Positions 10,492 through 20,139 of a DNA stretch of 64,000 nucleotides are shown here, piece by piece. The notes beneath the pieces were generated by a model. That model was given only the letters and a program-made list of their open reading frames with translations. It was not told where the DNA came from and made no database searches. The first letter of the stretch is position 1. Every line of letters begins with the position of its first letter. The DNA lies in contig CAVUDW010000003.1 in NCBI GenBank assembly GCA_963740355.1, positions 2,432,001-2,496,000 on the forward strand. Direction: 5' to 3'. Source of the DNA: an uncultured Gemmatimonadaceae bacterium. Its GTDB lineage: Bacteria; Gemmatimonadota; Gemmatimonadetes; Gemmatimonadales; Gemmatimonadaceae. The position numbers and the translations under genes were made by a program.

Positions 10492-11709
10492 TTACCTCGT
10501 CCCCGTGGTGGGCTTGGCCGCGGCCGGAGCCCCACTGCGATCGTTGACCGACGAAATCCGAACCTGCTTTCCCTCACCAATCGCCTGCGCCGCACCAAGC
10601 AGCACCGTGTCGCCACGCTGCAGACCGCTCGTGATCTCGTAGTTCTCACGCTGGTCGTCGCGAATGCCCAGAGCCACCGTCACCCGCTCCACTCGCCCGG
10701 AACGCAGACGCATCACCGACGGCTTCGCACCACGCTGATCGATCGCCGTCGCCGGCAACACCAGCGCCGAGCGTGACTCGGCATTCACACGCCCTTCCGC
10801 GAACAGGCCGCCGACCAGTGTGCCTGCCGAGTTCGGGATCGACGCGAGGATCGAGACCTGACGCGTCGTCGGATCAGCCACTGGGCTCACCCGCGTCACC
10901 TTGCCCGTGAACTTGCGATCGCCATAGCCACTGACGGCGAACGCCACCGGCATGCCGATGCGGATCTCACCGATCTGCGCCGCCGGCACGGCAGCCTCGA
11001 GACGCATGCTCTTCGGATCCACCACCGTGAACAGCTCGGTGCCAGGCTGCACCACATCGCCTGCACTCACCACCTTGCCTGCCACGACACCTGCGAACGG
11101 CGCGCGCACGGTGGCGCTACGCAGCTGCTTGTTGGCCTGCGCGTATGCCGACTTCACATTCGCCAACTGCGCCATCTGGGTCGAATACGTCAGGCGCGCA
11201 TTCTCGAGGTCGCGATCGGCGATCGCACCTGCCGCATTCAGGCGCTCGGCGCGATCCAGTTCCTTCTTCGCCTGTGCCGCCTGAGCCTCGGATGCCGTGA
11301 CGCCTGTGCGAGCCGAAAGTTCGGCGGCGCTGGCGGTCGTGGCGTCGATCCGGGCCAGAGCGGTGCCGGCCGCAACGCGCTCGCCGGTCTCGACATAGAC
11401 CTGCACCACACTGCCGGACACTTCTGCGCGAACCGATGCGCTGCGCTCGGCCGTCAGCTCGCCGGAGATCGACGGGCCGCTGGCGATGCGCATGGTGTCG
11501 ACCAACGCCACGTTCTCAGGCGTGATCATGGTCGGAAGCTCGACCGTCTGTGCATTGGCCGCATCCTTCTTGCCGCAGGCGGCAAGCCCAAGGGTGCTGC
11601 CCGCGATCAGCAGGCCAAGCAGCAAGGGACGGCCGGCGTAGGTGCTGTTCTGCTGTGCGCGCGAGGCGCGAATCGAATTGTCTGTCATGGTATTTGGCAT
11701 GTGAATCAC
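10492..11709 (-). CDS. RND periplasmic adaptor (membrane fusion protein), lipoprotein
   Basis: Lipobox LAAC; VRAPFAGVV; GTGA overlap with the upstream stop (start could be 11700 or 11688). Confidence 0.92.
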   Translation of the reverse strand: MIHMPNTMTDNSIRASRAQQNSTYAGRPLLLGLLIAGSTLGLAACGKKDAANAQTVELPTMITPENVALVDTMRIASGPSISGELTAERSASVRAEVSGSVVQVYVETGERVAAGTALARIDATTASAAELSARTGVTASEAQAAQAKKELDRAERLNAAGAIADRDLENARLTYSTQMAQLANVKSAYAQANKQLRSATVRAPFAGVVAGKVVSAGDVVQPGTELFTVVDPKSMRLEAAVPAAQIGEIRIGMPVAFAVSGYGDRKFTGKVTRVSPVADPTTRQVSILASIPNSAGTLVGGLFAEGRVNAESRSALVLPATAIDQRGAKPSVMRLRSGRVERVTVALGIRDDQRENYEITSGLQRGDTVLLGAAQAIGEGKQVRISSVNDRSGAPAAAKPTTGTR

Positions 11710-13334
11710 TCCGGCCGGCCGGTAGTGCCTGCGCTGCTGCTGCTGCTCGTCGTCGTGCTCGCCTGCTGTGTTGCGGCGCCGCCGGTGGACTGCGCACTGG
11801 CGCCGCCCGCTGCCGTTGCCGTACCGCCGCCCGAGCCGAGCGGCAGGTCGCGCAACAACGTGATCCGCAGTCGTGCGAGTTGCAGCGCCTTCGCTGCGCT
11901 GAGACGGTTGGCCTGCGACTGGATCAACAGATTCCGGATGTCGCTCAGTTCGAGCTGCGTCGAGATACCGTTGGTGTATCGTACTTCTGCGATGCGAAGC
12001 GCCTTGTCCGCCTGCTCCTCAGTGCCGATGCTGGCGAGCCAGTTGGCTTCCGCCTGCTCGAGGCTCTTCAGTGCCAGTTGCACATCGAGCGAGGCGGCCC
12101 GCTGCCCCTGATGCAACCGGGCTTCAGCGTCGGCGACGTTGGCACGCGCCACCATCTTGTCGCCGCTCAACTTCCCACTGGTCCAGATCGGAACCGAGAA
12201 GCCGAGTGCCACGGTCCACGCGGGATAAAAGTCCGCCAGGGAACGGGGTACGACGTTGCTGTTGGACGGATACGCGAACCGCTGATAGTTGCTCGTCAGG
12301 TTCAGCACCGGGACCTGCGCCAACTGCGCCTGACGCAGTGCGCCTTTCTGCACGACGAGCAACGCCGCCGCCTGCTGCACGGCGGCACGCGACTCCGGCG
12401 CGGTGTCGCGCGGGTTGATCTTGGGGAGTGTGCTCGGTCCACCGGTGGCAGACAGACCGCTGCCAGCGGACGGGCGCGTGTCGTTGTCGAGCGCCGATGT
12501 CGCCAGCACCCGATCCATGTCGGCATCCTGGATTGGCGTGGCGAGGTTGATCGTTTCGGTATACGGCAGGTTGAGCAGCTGCTTCAGCTGCAACGTTGCG
12601 ATGTCACGATTCTGCTGGGCCTGAATCAGCAGCGGACGCTGGGCATCCACCGCCACACGGGAACGCAGCAGGTCGTACTCCGCCACCGTGCCAACCTGGC
12701 GCTGCAACGTCGTCTGCCGTAGCGTGCGTTCGGTCTGCACCAGCGAGCTCTCGGCGATCTGCAGAAATTTCTCCGCGATCACGGCGTCGAAGTACGCAGA
12801 TGCGATATCGTAGCGCAGCTTGGCTCGCGCGGAACGCAGTCCGTACTTGTAGACATCTTCGTTCGCCTTCGCCACGCGATTCGCGAGCTGGAAGCGTCCG
12901 TCGAGGTAGATCGGCTGTGACGCCTGCAGGCCGAGCGTGATGGTGTTCGGCGATGCAAAGAGGACCGAGATCGGATTGAACGATTGCGTCGTCGTATCCG
13001 GCGGCGCATTCGGATCAGGTGCCTGCGCGAAGCGCTTCGTGATCGCGTTGAACTGGTTCTGGATGATGTGCGAGTAGTTCGCGCTGGCCGTCAGCTGCGG
13101 CAACACGGAGCCACGTGTCTGCAGGTATTGGCCGCGGGCGCGGGTGACCGCGTTCTGTGCAATGCGCACGTCGTCACTCGACGGTTCCGCGAGGCGGAAT
13201 GCGTCTTCCAGCGTGAGGGGACGTGCCGCAGCTGCCGATGCCTGCTGCGCCACCACACCCGTGGGCAGCATCGTGAACAAGAGCACCGACAGCGCGGCGT
13301 GACGGGCGACTCCCGCCAGAGCCGAATATTTCAC
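11706..13334 (-). CDS. TolC-family outer membrane efflux protein
   Basis: Signal peptide; PLTLEDA; two OEP repeats; RYTNGISTQLEL; GTG 13334 overlaps the TetR stop. Confidence 0.92.
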   Translation of the reverse strand: MKYSALAGVARHAALSVLLFTMLPTGVVAQQASAAAARPLTLEDAFRLAEPSSDDVRIAQNAVTRARGQYLQTRGSVLPQLTASANYSHIIQNQFNAITKRFAQAPDPNAPPDTTTQSFNPISVLFASPNTITLGLQASQPIYLDGRFQLANRVAKANEDVYKYGLRSARAKLRYDIASAYFDAVIAEKFLQIAESSLVQTERTLRQTTLQRQVGTVAEYDLLRSRVAVDAQRPLLIQAQQNRDIATLQLKQLLNLPYTETINLATPIQDADMDRVLATSALDNDTRPSAGSGLSATGGPSTLPKINPRDTAPESRAAVQQAAALLVVQKGALRQAQLAQVPVLNLTSNYQRFAYPSNSNVVPRSLADFYPAWTVALGFSVPIWTSGKLSGDKMVARANVADAEARLHQGQRAASLDVQLALKSLEQAEANWLASIGTEEQADKALRIAEVRYTNGISTQLELSDIRNLLIQSQANRLSAAKALQLARLRITLLRDLPLGSGGGTATAAGGASAQSTGGAATQQASTTTSSSSSAGTTGRPE

Positions 13335-14005
13335 GAGAGACTCGTTGTTTGCGTTGAAGTTGCGCCGCCGGCCGAGGCCGACGTGGCGTGGACCGCAGGG
13401 GCCACACCAAGTGCGCGGAGAAACACCTGTACGTACCGACGGGCAGCCCGGGTTTCCGGGACCCACAGATCCACGTCGTCCTTCATCTCCCGGGCCATCG
13501 CGTCGCCCCAGAGGGCACCGGTGAGCATGGTCTGGGCGGCGGTCAGCAGCTCTTCATGATCGGGGTCGTCGAGCAGCTCTGCGCCAACCCATCCGTCGCG
13601 CACCAGCGCGCGGACGTATTCGTGCACTTCCCGATCGGCGCATCGGGCGGGCTCGAAGCCATTTCGCATTTCGTGAAAGCGCGCCTCGTTGGCCCCCATC
13701 GCCTTGCGCAGCAGTTCGCGGGAGCCCCGGATCTGCGTCAAAAACTGGCCGCACCAGCTGGTCAGTTCCTCGGCGGGATCGAGCGGCGTGGCGGGCAGCG
13801 GGGGATCGACAATTTTCAGGGCAGCGACCCGGCGGAAGAGCGCCTCGTCCATGAGGGCGGCCTTCGAACCAAAGTTGCGGAAGATCGTGACTTCATTGAC
13901 GCCGGCGATTTCAGCGACGCGACGGGTGGTCGCGCCCTGGAACCCCGATTCGGCGTAGGCCGTCATGGCGGCGGTAATGATTTTTTCGCGGACATCATTT
14001 GACAT
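13331..14005 (-). CDS. TetR/AcrR family transcriptional regulator
   Basis: GFQGATTRRVAEIAGVNEVTIFRNFGSK helix-turn-helix; first gene of the efflux operon. Confidence 0.93.
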   Translation of the reverse strand: MSNDVREKIITAAMTAYAESGFQGATTRRVAEIAGVNEVTIFRNFGSKAALMDEALFRRVAALKIVDPPLPATPLDPAEELTSWCGQFLTQIRGSRELLRKAMGANEARFHEMRNGFEPARCADREVHEYVRALVRDGWVGAELLDDPDHEELLTAAQTMLTGALWGDAMAREMKDDVDLWVPETRAARRYVQVFLRALGVAPAVHATSASAGGATSTQTTSLS

Positions 14006-14012
14006 GACGCCC

Positions 14013-14053
14013 AGTATATGACCGCCCGGTCCTGTAAGCAAGTAGGTACTTGC
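14013..14053 (-). promoter_or_regulatory. Sigma70 promoter with overlapping palindromic operator
   Basis: TTGCTT(14036-41)-17bp-TATACT(14013-18); palindrome GCAAGTA-GG-TACTTGC at 14038-14053. Confidence 0.7.
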
Positions 14054-14142
14054 GTGCACAAGAGTCCGGCGTTGCCTGACGGTGACATTGCACCTACCGT
14101 ACTCATCATCAAATTTCGTAAAACAATGTCACTGAATGACTT

Positions 14143-14170
14143 AGGGCCACCAATCGAAATTGGTGGCCCT
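14143..14170 (-). terminator. Strong hairpin after M16 peptidase gene
   Basis: agggccaccaat-cgaa-attggtggccct perfect 12-bp stem; no clear U-tract. Confidence 0.55.
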
Positions 14171-14202
14171 GTCAGACAGTGTCAGACAACCCCGCGTGAG
14201 AG

Positions 14203-16992
14203 TTATGGAGTCGGGGTCGCCGCCTTCTTCTTGGCGCCCGCGAAGTCACCGGCGCGCACCATCACGATCTGCTTCGGGTCGATCATGCGCCGCAGCGCCG
14301 CGTTCACATCGGCCACCGTGAGCTTCTTCACTCGGTCGGCCATCGCCTGGTCGTAGCCGGTGAACGTGCGATCGTAGGCGCGACGGATGGTCAGTGTGCC
14401 CACCAGTTCATCGTCGTTCGCCAGCTCCTGATCGCGCGCACCCAGCCACCCCTTCCGCGCGGCATCCAGTTCTTCCTGCGTCACGCCGTCACGCAGCAGG
14501 CGATCCAGCTCCTCACGGAATGCCACTTGGAGTCGGTCGATGTTCTGCGGCGCATAGATGGCGTACGACAGCAACGCACCGTTGCGACCCCACGGCGCCG
14601 CGTTGAGCTGCGAACCCACGCCGTAGCTCAAGCCATCGCGCTGCCGAATCCGATCCGCGAGGCGACTCTTGAGGAAACCACCACCCAGGATCTCGCTGCC
14701 GAGCTGCGCGGCGGCATAGGTCGAATCGCCATCGTTGATGTCGAGACGCTGCACCGCGAAGAAGATGGCATTCGCCTTGTCGGGCGTCTCGATCGACACC
14801 ATGCCGGAATCGCTGCGCACGTAGGTGTTCGGCATCCGGACCCAGGGATTCTTCGCCCGCCAATCGCCGAACAGCCGTGTCGCCAGCTGCGTCATCTCGG
14901 CGCCATCGATGTCACCGACCACCGTCAGGTCGCCATTCTGCGCCCCGTAGAAATCCGAGTGGAACGACTTCACGTCAGCCAGCGCGACACCCTTCGCGAG
15001 TGCAATCGCCTCATCCAGCGTCTCGGGCACATACTCCGGATGTCCCTTCGCACGGGGCGTCATCACACGCTGCATCGCCAGCACGGCCAACGCCTGCGGA
15101 TCACTGCGTCCCGCTTCGAGTTGCGCCAGCTGTTCGCTGCGCGCGGTCTCCAGCTCCGTTGAATCGAACGCGGGACGACGCAGCATCTCGGCCACCAGTT
15201 CCATCGTCGGCACGAGATTCTCGCGCTTCACCTGGATCGAGACCGACACCGACGCAGCGCCACCCGACGGACGCACGGTCGCCTTCAGCTTGTCCAGTGT
15301 GTCCTTCATCGCCTGACGCGAGCGAACCTGTGTGCCACGGCTGAGCAACGTCGCCGCCATTGCACCGGCGGTGGCACGATTCGTCAGCGACTGCTCCGTG
15401 CCCATGCGCAATGTCACGCGTGCGAAGACCACGCCACCGCGTGACTTCTTCGGCAGCATCGTGAGGCGCATGCCATTGGGCAGCGCAGCGCGAATGGTAC
15501 GTGCATCGATCACTGCCGGTGTGGCATTGAATGCTTCACCCTGCGCCACGGTCTGCGTACCGGTGTAGCCGCGTACCAGCGTCTCGATCACCGGACCTTC
15601 CGGGATTTCCGCGCGGTCCGGCTTCGGCGTCGGAATGAAGACACCAACAGTACGGTTGTCCCGCTTCAGGTACGCGCTTGCGACACGCTGCACATCGGCC
15701 GGCGTCACCGCCTTGAGGCGATCGCGCGAGATGTGGAGCAGCCGCCAGTCGCCGCTGGCCTGTGCTTCGGTGAGTGCATACCCAACCTGCTCAGAGTTGT
15801 CGAGCAGCTGCTCGACACCCTTGACCAGCTCGTTTTTCGCCCGCTCGACTTCTTCCGCAGTCGGCGTGGTAGTCACCGCGCCATCGATGGTGCGCAGCAT
15901 CACGGCGCGCGCGGTGTCGAGATTCTGCTCGGTGCGCAGGTCGGCCGACGCGAACAGCAAACCTGGCTCGCGCAGGTCGAAGGTGAATGACGACACGTCG
16001 CTCGCCAGCTTCGCCTCGACCAGCGCCTTGTACAACCGACCATTCGGGCGCGCGCCAAGAATCGTGGCCAACACCTGCAGCGGTGCGTTGTCCACGTGTG
16101 CCAGCGATGGAATGTGGTAGGCCACCATCGCCACCTGGTTGTCACCCACGCGCTTGAGCGTCACCGACCGCTCACCATCCTGCACCGGATCGCGGGTATA
16201 CGTGCTGTAGAGCAGGTTGCCGCGGTCGAGCGAACGCACCGGCTTCGGGATCCGTCCGAACCGTGCATTCACCTGGGCCAGCGTCTTGGCTTCATCGAAC
16301 TTGCCGGCGACGACCAGCACGGCGTTGTCCGGCTGGTAGTAACGACGGTAGAACGCCTGCAGTCGTTCGATCGGCACGTTCTCGATGTCCGCTCGCGCGC
16401 CGATGGTGCTGTGCGCGTAGTTGTGCCAGAGGAAGGCGGTGCTCATGATCCGCTCGCGCAGGATGCTGCCGGGATCATTCTCGCCCATCTCGAACTCGTT
16501 GCGCACCACGGTCATCTCGCTCTCGAGATCCTTCGCGGCCACGAACGAGTTCACCATCCGATCGGCCTCGAGATCGAGCGCCCAGGCGAGGTTTTCGTCG
16601 CCAGCCGGCACGGTCTCGAAATAGTTGGTGCGGTCGAGCCAGGTGGTGCCGTTCGGGCGCGCACCACGCTCGGTCAACTCCTTCGGGATGTCCTTGTGCT
16701 TCGGCGTCCCCTTGAAGAGCAGATGCTCCAGCAGGTGCGCCATGCCGGTCTCACCATACCCCTCGTGCCGCGACCCGACGAGGTAGGTGATGTTCACCGT
16801 CACGGTCGGCTTCGACGCATCGGGAAAGAGCAGGACGCGCAGCCCGTTCGCGAGCCGGTACTCCGTGATCCCTTCCACTGTTGCGCCCTTCACCGGCGCC
16901 ACAGGTGCGGCAACAGCTTTCGGCACCCGCTGGGCGCCCACTGGCGCGGCCAGCAGCGCCAGCATCAACAAAGTCGAACCACGAATCTTCAT
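14203..16992 (-). CDS. Exported M16 (pitrilysin/PqqL-like) zinc peptidase
   Basis: Signal peptide; HLLEHLLFKGT (HxxEH); second half with IRQRDGLSYG. Confidence 0.93.
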   Translation of the reverse strand: MKIRGSTLLMLALLAAPVGAQRVPKAVAAPVAPVKGATVEGITEYRLANGLRVLLFPDASKPTVTVNITYLVGSRHEGYGETGMAHLLEHLLFKGTPKHKDIPKELTERGARPNGTTWLDRTNYFETVPAGDENLAWALDLEADRMVNSFVAAKDLESEMTVVRNEFEMGENDPGSILRERIMSTAFLWHNYAHSTIGARADIENVPIERLQAFYRRYYQPDNAVLVVAGKFDEAKTLAQVNARFGRIPKPVRSLDRGNLLYSTYTRDPVQDGERSVTLKRVGDNQVAMVAYHIPSLAHVDNAPLQVLATILGARPNGRLYKALVEAKLASDVSSFTFDLREPGLLFASADLRTEQNLDTARAVMLRTIDGAVTTTPTAEEVERAKNELVKGVEQLLDNSEQVGYALTEAQASGDWRLLHISRDRLKAVTPADVQRVASAYLKRDNRTVGVFIPTPKPDRAEIPEGPVIETLVRGYTGTQTVAQGEAFNATPAVIDARTIRAALPNGMRLTMLPKKSRGGVVFARVTLRMGTEQSLTNRATAGAMAATLLSRGTQVRSRQAMKDTLDKLKATVRPSGGAASVSVSIQVKRENLVPTMELVAEMLRRPAFDSTELETARSEQLAQLEAGRSDPQALAVLAMQRVMTPRAKGHPEYVPETLDEAIALAKGVALADVKSFHSDFYGAQNGDLTVVGDIDGAEMTQLATRLFGDWRAKNPWVRMPNTYVRSDSGMVSIETPDKANAIFFAVQRLDINDGDSTYAAAQLGSEILGGGFLKSRLADRIRQRDGLSYGVGSQLNAAPWGRNGALLSYAIYAPQNIDRLQVAFREELDRLLRDGVTQEELDAARKGWLGARDQELANDDELVGTLTIRRAYDRTFTGYDQAMADRVKKLTVADVNAALRRMIDPKQIVMVRAGDFAGAKKKAATPTP

Positions 16993-17147
16993 GAGTGAAC
17001 CAAGGTGACGGGTCGCAAGGCAGTGACGTCGTGTGGAATATTACACGCGCCACCCGCCTCCGGGTTTCAACCCGCCACCATTCTCATTTCTCGTCGATCG
17101 ACCATGCGCGCCGCGACGCTGCGCTTTCGCCTGCCAGTCCACACGTC

Positions 17148-17260
17148 CTGACGCGGAGCCGCGGGGGACGCGGAGCCGCGGAGGAACTGCGGGGGAACTG
17201 CAACCACTCAACCGCCAATCGCAAAACGGCTCAGGGGTACGGCAACAGTCGCAAAACTGT
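17148..17260. repeat. Family B/C intergenic repeat
   Basis: acgcggagccgcgggggacgcggagccgcgg (also at ~32400, 61075, 61320) and tacggcaacagtcgcaaaactg (also at ~39260, 63175). Confidence 0.75.
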
Positions 17261-17261
17261 C

Positions 17262-19547
17262 TTAGAACGCCGTCGTCAGTCGAAGCGTGAATGCGCGGCC
17301 GGGCAGGTTGTAGCCGCGCTTCTCGTAATAGTTCTCGTCTGTCACGTTGCTTACCTGCCCGTCGACGCGCAGACGCGAGGTGAGGCGCAAGCCCGCGGTC
17401 AGATCGACGACGGCGAACGGCGGATACTCGATGCTCGAGATGTCGGAGAAGTCGCTGAAGTCATCGTCGATGCGCTTGCCGACATACCGGCCGAGGGCAC
17501 CGACCCGGAAACGGGAACGCGTGTCGTACTCGAGACCCACATTCCAGTTCACGGTGGCCACGTTCTTGATCCGCACCTCCGTCTCCGGCCCACCGATCGT
17601 CACGCCACGGAAGATCGACGACGGCGAGAAGTTCGTCTGGCCGTTGAACTGCGCCGCATTCACGGTCACCGTGGGTGTGCGCTCGGTGGCGGAGAAGATG
17701 CGCGTGGCATTCGCGAAGGCATTCAGCGACCAGGATTTGGCCAGGGCCGAGCCGATATCGTACCGCACCCCTGCCTCGAGGCCACGAATCTGTGCGTCAC
17801 CGGCGTTGATCGAAGTCTGCACGCGTGACACCTGGTTGCCATTGGCCAGTGTCGGGCGGCTTCCCGCGGCGAACGAGGCGCGCGCGGTGGTGATGCGATT
17901 GTCGACCGAGGTCGTGAAGTAGGTGACGTCAGCATCGAAGGCCCCACGCAAGCGCGAGATGCCAAGGCCGACATCCGCCGTCACCGACTGCTCGGCCTTC
18001 AGCGATGGATTGCCGAAAGTGATCGCGGCCACGCCCGCGTTCACCGACTGCGTCAGTCCGGCTCGACCGAAGGCGTCCGGCGCCAGGAAGGCCCGGCCGA
18101 TGCTGCCATGCGCGCGCACACCACCACCGATCGCGTACAACAGCCCAGCGCTGGGATTGAACACGTTGAACGCATCGCTGCCGGCGATCACGTCGCTGCG
18201 GAATGGTGTAGTCAACAGCTTCAGCGTGACTCGGTCCGCACGCGCACCCACGGTGCCCACCAGCCGTCCCTGCAGCGCGGTGAGGCGGGCTTCGCCAAAC
18301 GCCGCCACCGACGACACTTCGCTGTTCGGACTGTAGGTACCGCCTTCAGTGTTGGCCGCGGTGTACAAGCGCGACTTGGCCTGCTGCTGCGTCAGGTCCA
18401 CGCCAAACACCACCTGCTGGTCGCGCACGCGCAGCACGTCCTGCAGCTGCGCACCCGTCGTGCGAGCCTGTGTGCTGTAGTTGATGTACCGCACACTGTC
18501 GGGCCGGTCGTAGTAGCCGCCAGTCTCATTGGTCGTGAACAGGCGCGCCAGCAATCCATGCGCTCCGGCCTTGCGCGCGAAATCCACCGAGCCACCGCTG
18601 CGGCGGACATCCTTCCGTCCGTCGCCCGGAAAGGGCGTATTGGCTGAGAACAGATCGCCAGGCGATGCCACATCCTGTGCGTCGAACAGGTCGCCACGCA
18701 CATCGATGCGCACGCCACCCGCCACGGTGCCACCAATGCGCAGGTTCCCACTGGTCGATGCCAGCGTCGTGAAATTGCGCTCGATGCCGTCGCCCAGCGT
18801 GTCGGGCACATAGCGATTCGCGGCACCGCCTGCAGGGTAGATCTTGAGCGCGCTGTCGCGACCGAACACGCCGCGCAGGGAATTCCCACCGCCGATGCGG
18901 AAGTCGTTGCGTTGGTCGTAGCGACGCAGGCTCACATCCACGTCGACACCACCTGCGATCAACCCACCGCCCTGCACACGAAATTCGCTCGCGCCAAAAC
19001 TTCCACCGGACACCGAGGCCAGCCCCGATCGTGCGCCGGTGCGGCGGCGCGTCACCACGTTCACGACGCCACCCATCGCCGTCGATCCGTAAAGCGCCGA
19101 CGCTGGTCCCTTCAATACCTCGATCCGCTCCACATCCTGCATGTCGAGCATCGCCACATTCGTGATACCGCTCGGCCGACCGTCGAGCAGGATCATCGAA
19201 CGCTGCTGCAACGAGCCGACCTGCGGCCGGAAGCCGCGAATGCCGATGCCGCCGAGCAGCCCGTTGTACTGCACCACATCGAGGTTGGCGCGCTTCTTCA
19301 GCACGTCGATCATGTCGAGCGCTGGTGTCGCATCGAGTTGCACGCGCGAGATCACTTCCACGCGCCGCGGCAGTGAATCGGCTGGCGCGTCATATCGTGA
19401 CGCGGTCGTGATGATTTTTGGCAGGCGCTGCACGCGCGAGGAATCCCGCTGCGGCTGCTGCGCGTGAAGCACTGACCCACTGGCGGATGCGCCAAGGGCG
19501 GAGGCACCGATCGCCACGATGGCGATGGTGCGGAGGTATGTGGACAT
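17262..19547 (-). CDS. TonB-dependent receptor, probably for cobalamin (BtuB-like)
   Basis: Plug ERIEVLKGPASALYGSTAMGGVVNVVT; C-terminal NVTDENY...PGRAFTLRLTTAF; B12 riboswitch upstream; ATG 19547. Confidence 0.9.
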   Translation of the reverse strand: MSTYLRTIAIVAIGASALGASASGSVLHAQQPQRDSSRVQRLPKIITTASRYDAPADSLPRRVEVISRVQLDATPALDMIDVLKKRANLDVVQYNGLLGGIGIRGFRPQVGSLQQRSMILLDGRPSGITNVAMLDMQDVERIEVLKGPASALYGSTAMGGVVNVVTRRRTGARSGLASVSGGSFGASEFRVQGGGLIAGGVDVDVSLRRYDQRNDFRIGGGNSLRGVFGRDSALKIYPAGGAANRYVPDTLGDGIERNFTTLASTSGNLRIGGTVAGGVRIDVRGDLFDAQDVASPGDLFSANTPFPGDGRKDVRRSGGSVDFARKAGAHGLLARLFTTNETGGYYDRPDSVRYINYSTQARTTGAQLQDVLRVRDQQVVFGVDLTQQQAKSRLYTAANTEGGTYSPNSEVSSVAAFGEARLTALQGRLVGTVGARADRVTLKLLTTPFRSDVIAGSDAFNVFNPSAGLLYAIGGGVRAHGSIGRAFLAPDAFGRAGLTQSVNAGVAAITFGNPSLKAEQSVTADVGLGISRLRGAFDADVTYFTTSVDNRITTARASFAAGSRPTLANGNQVSRVQTSINAGDAQIRGLEAGVRYDIGSALAKSWSLNAFANATRIFSATERTPTVTVNAAQFNGQTNFSPSSIFRGVTIGGPETEVRIKNVATVNWNVGLEYDTRSRFRVGALGRYVGKRIDDDFSDFSDISSIEYPPFAVVDLTAGLRLTSRLRVDGQVSNVTDENYYEKRGYNLPGRAFTLRLTTAF

Positions 19548-19656
19548 CAGTCTCTCGACGCGCGGCCGCCCTCGCAGCCTCGCGTTACCGGAATGCCCAC
19601 AGACAGCGCCACACCTGCGACGACCGGACCCGTTTCGCCACGCGGTCAACGCGACG

Positions 19657-19700
19657 AAACAAAAAACCCGCCCGTCCACAGAATGGACTGAACGGGGGTA
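19657..19700 (-). terminator. Leader terminator, probable riboswitch expression platform
   Basis: Minus strand cccccgttcagtccattctgtggacgggcgggttttttg: hairpin plus T-run between riboswitch and start codon. Confidence 0.7.
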
Positions 19701-19783
19701 GCCGAACACGACCGCACACACCAAGGGTGTGGCTGACGCGTGCGATCACCCCGCTCCCCTCCCTCGAGGGGCCTGCTGCGGGC

Positions 19784-19944
19784 GTGATCAGGGCCGGTCT
19801 CCTGGCTCGGAACCATCGAGCACCTTCCCGCAGCGCTACTCGCTGCAGTGGCATGACACTCGATGCTGCTGACGCTCGTCAGCCGTTCCTTACAGTGGCG
19901 GGGCCGCGCCGGTGTTTCACCGGACTTCCGGATGGCCAGATCAC
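19784..19944 (-). ncRNA. Cobalamin riboswitch
   Basis: GGAAGTCCGGTGAAACACCGGCGCGGCCCCGCCACTGTAA, GCCACTG...GGGAAGG and B12-box GAGCCAGGAGACCGGCC; promoter TTGCCA-17-TACTCT at 19962-19990. Confidence 0.92.
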
Positions 19945-20139
19945 GACAGAATTGTGAGTTCAGAGTACCGCACCCTTGGGCGTGTGGCAAGGAAGCATCG
20001 CCTGACACACCACGCGCAGTCATCCGACACGCCCCGCGACACAACACGCCTCCACGACGAGACGTAGACGGCGGTGCGCCTCTGCGTACACTTCCGCCAT
20101 CTCCGTTCTGCTCACGTGGATCGCTCACCAGGGTGTCAC

